From: Candidatus Marinacidobacterium sp.
GTDB taxonomy: Bacteria; Acidobacteriota; Vicinamibacteria; Marinacidobacterales; Marinacidobacteraceae
Direction of reading: 5' to 3'
NCBI GenBank assembly: GCA_965204755.1
Contig: OZ242011.1
Location: forward strand, 2,464,001-2,528,000
DNA length: 64,000 nucleotides
Position numbers and translations under genes: made by a program. The notes beneath the pieces were generated by a model, which saw only the letters and a list, made by a program, of their open reading frames with translations, did not search any database and was not told where the DNA came from. Shown one piece after another: positions 61,942 through 64,000 of the stretch (position 1 is the stretch's first letter; each line of letters opens with the position of its first letter).

Positions 61942-61977
61942 GGCGTCAGTGGCGGGCGTCAGTGGGCGGGCGTCAGT
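61942..61977. repeat. GGCGTCAGT x3 spanning the peroxiredoxin stop codon
   Basis: Copies at 61942, 61955 and 61969. Confidence 0.75.
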
Positions 61978-62632
61978 CCGGCTGTTTCACGACCCGGAGG
62001 TAGGGCTTGACGGTCTTCCAGCCCTCGGGGAAGCGCTCGCGGGCCGCTTCGTCCGAGACGGCGGGGACGATGATGCAGTCCTCGCCGGCCTTCCAGTCCG
62101 CCGGGGTGGCGACCTGGTGCTTCGCGGTGAGTTGGAGCGAGTCCACCACGCGAAGCAACTCGTCGAAGTTGCGGCCGGTGGCCATCGGGTAGGTGAGGAT
62201 CAGCCGGATCCGCTTGTCCGGCCCGATGATGAAGACGCAGCGCACGGTCAGGTTGTCCGCCGCCGTCCGCTCCCCGGCGCGCCCGAGCGCGTTCGGATGG
62301 ATCATGTCGTACAACTTGGAGACCCGCAGGTCCTCGTCGCCGATCATCGGGAAGTCGGGGGCGGCGCCCTGCGTCTCCTCGATGTCCTTCGACCAGGCGC
62401 GGTGGTCCTCCACCGAGTCCACGCTCAGCCCGATGAGCCGGACGCCGCGCCGCTCGAACTCCGGCTTCAGCCGGGCGGCGGTCCCGAGTTCGGTGGTGCA
62501 GACCGGGGTGAAGTCCTTGGGGTGGGAGAAGAGGATCGCCCAGGAGTCGCCGAGCCACTCGTGGAAGCGGATCTCCCCGTCGGTGGTGTCCTGGGTGAAG
62601 TCGGGGGCGACATCTCCGATGCGCAGCGCCAT
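61973..62632 (-). CDS. 1-Cys peroxiredoxin (Prx6 family)
   Basis: FSHPKDFTPVCTTE, GLSVDS, TVRCVFII, YPMATGRNFDELLR, VATPADW, KPYLR; RBS AAGGAG. Confidence 0.96.
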   Translation of the reverse strand: MALRIGDVAPDFTQDTTDGEIRFHEWLGDSWAILFSHPKDFTPVCTTELGTAARLKPEFERRGVRLIGLSVDSVEDHRAWSKDIEETQGAAPDFPMIGDEDLRVSKLYDMIHPNALGRAGERTAADNLTVRCVFIIGPDKRIRLILTYPMATGRNFDELLRVVDSLQLTAKHQVATPADWKAGEDCIIVPAVSDEAARERFPEGWKTVKPYLRVVKQPD

Positions 62633-62724
62633 GGCGGAACTCCTTGGGTCGGGCCGAATGAGGGGCCCTCGGGGGGCCGGCGTTCCCCGCCGTCCCGGGG
62701 GGACGATCGGGGGCGCCGCCGACT

Positions 62725-63708
62725 CTACCGCGCCGCCCGGCGGCCGGCCTCGCCGGGATCGGGCCGCGCCGCGGCGGACACTCCCGCCGCCATCCCCAAG
62801 TCGAAGAGGCGCTCCGCCCGATCCTCGAAGCGCTCCCGCCAAGCCAACTTCGCCAGCCAGGCCCCGGGGATGCCGCTTCGCCCCCACAGCGCCCCGGCCA
62901 ACTGGCCGGTCACCGCGCCCACCGTGTCGGCGTCGCCGCCGAGGTTGACCGCCTCGACCACCGCCTCCCGGAACGAGCCGGCCCGGGAGACCGCCCACAG
63001 CGCCGCCTCCAGCGTGTGGATCACATAGCCGCTGGAGGAGATCCCGTCCCGCGTCTTCTCCCGGAACGAGCCGGCGGCGATTTCGGCCACCCCGCCCCCG
63101 GCCCGGCCCTCCCGGGGGCGCAGCACGGTGTCCGCCGGGGCGCCGGCGATCGCCTCCACCAGCAATTCGACGAAGTACGCGCACGCTTCCACCGCCTCCT
63201 CCGCGCCGTGCGTGGTCCGGCTCTGGAGCCGGGCGGCGGCCTGCGCCGCCGGGAGGTCGCTCCACCAGCGGACTGCCACCGGGGAGAGCCGCATCAGCGA
63301 CCCGTTCCCCGCCGAGCGCGGATCCGCGCTCCCGGCCAGCGGCGCCCCGGTCCGCTCGAACCGGGCGAGCGCCGCCGCCGTCGTCCCCCCGATGTCGAAG
63401 CAGTGTCCGGTGGCCGAGTTCTCGCCGTCCTTCCACCAGCGGACGAATCTCCTCATCAGGTCCCCGGGGTCGAGGCCCCGCTCCGCGCCGCCCTCGACCA
63501 GGGAGTCCGCGAGGCAGAGCGCCATGCTCGTATCGTCGGTCCACTCTCCCGCCGCCAGCCCGAACGGCCCACCGCCGACGAGGTCGGTGACCCGCGGAAC
63601 GCTGTCCCGCGCCGCGAATTCGAGGGTCGTTCCCAGCGCGTCCCCGACCGCCAGCCCGAGCAGGGCGCCGACGGCCCGATCCTTCGCCGCCGCTTCCTCC
63701 GGTCGCAT
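62725..63708 (-). CDS. ADP-ribosylglycohydrolase family protein
   Basis: GLAVGDALG, GEWTDDTSMA, CFDIG, AGNGSLMR, SGYVIHTLEAA, NLGGDADTVGAVTGQLAG; start 63708 or up to 63945. Confidence 0.93.
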   Translation of the reverse strand: MRPEEAAAKDRAVGALLGLAVGDALGTTLEFAARDSVPRVTDLVGGGPFGLAAGEWTDDTSMALCLADSLVEGGAERGLDPGDLMRRFVRWWKDGENSATGHCFDIGGTTAAALARFERTGAPLAGSADPRSAGNGSLMRLSPVAVRWWSDLPAAQAAARLQSRTTHGAEEAVEACAYFVELLVEAIAGAPADTVLRPREGRAGGGVAEIAAGSFREKTRDGISSSGYVIHTLEAALWAVSRAGSFREAVVEAVNLGGDADTVGAVTGQLAGALWGRSGIPGAWLAKLAWRERFEDRAERLFDLGMAAGVSAAARPDPGEAGRRAAR

Positions 63709-64000
63709 CGCCGCCGCGGATTCTCCCACCGGGGCAGGTGAGGGGCCCGGCCGGGCCCGGACGGCCCCGGCGGATGCCGCCGCCCGCCGCCCGCCGCCCG
63801 CCGCCCCGCCGGCGGCGCTTCCCGCTTTCGGCGGCGCTCTCCGCCGCCGGCGGGGCTCCGCACATGCGGCGGCGCTCCGCGCTTCCGGCCGGCGCTTCCC
63901 GCGTTCGGCGGGGCTCCCCGCCACCGCCGGCGCTCCTGACATCATTTCCGCGCGCCGCCCCGCCGGAACCGCGCCCCGGGCGGCCCGCCCGGCCGCCCGG

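Noticed and set aside
60733-62032. Diversity-generating retroelement or retron behind the near-identical repeats
   Set aside because: No reverse transcriptase in the window, and the differences are not adenine-specific on one strand
62725-63945. ADP-ribosylglycohydrolase as immunity protein for the ORF at 6-530
   Set aside because: About 62 kb apart with no linkage evidence, and the ART assignment is itself speculative

Overview
High-GC (roughly 70-75%, estimated by eye) bacterial chromosomal window, probably Acidobacteriota, inferred from the tandem Acidobacterial-type VWA proteins, the DUF5916/CBM9-like proteins and the M23-secA layout. About 50 real genes are present; most of the very long Arg/Pro/Gly-rich ORFs in the track are shadow frames. 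Core genes include secA, guaB, a complete suf operon with an Rrf2 regulator, ccdA-cytochrome c-TlpA, RNase D, phhA, a YifB/ComM ATPase, an AlkA-like glycosylase, a 1-Cys peroxiredoxin and an ADP-ribosylglycohydrolase. Accessory/defence pieces include an orphan type III Res gene with a probable Mod remnant, an internally deleted methylase-endonuclease pair, an AlbA_2/HATPase protein, and a DUF2335 + HEPN/MNT + AAA_14-DUF4143 island. The most unusual observations are: (1) a locus at 60.1-61.9 kb with a highly structured ~200-nt leader, a two-TM protein and two ~96%-identical ImmA/IrrE-like genes that both read HQIAH instead of the catalytic HExxH, duplicated together with a decaying tail of the neighbouring peroxiredoxin gene; (2) near-total absence of AGCT and ACGT across the window, replaced by the products expected from 5-methylcytosine deamination. 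No rRNA, tRNA, CRISPR array, transposase or integrase was recognised. All family assignments come from motif recognition, not database searches.
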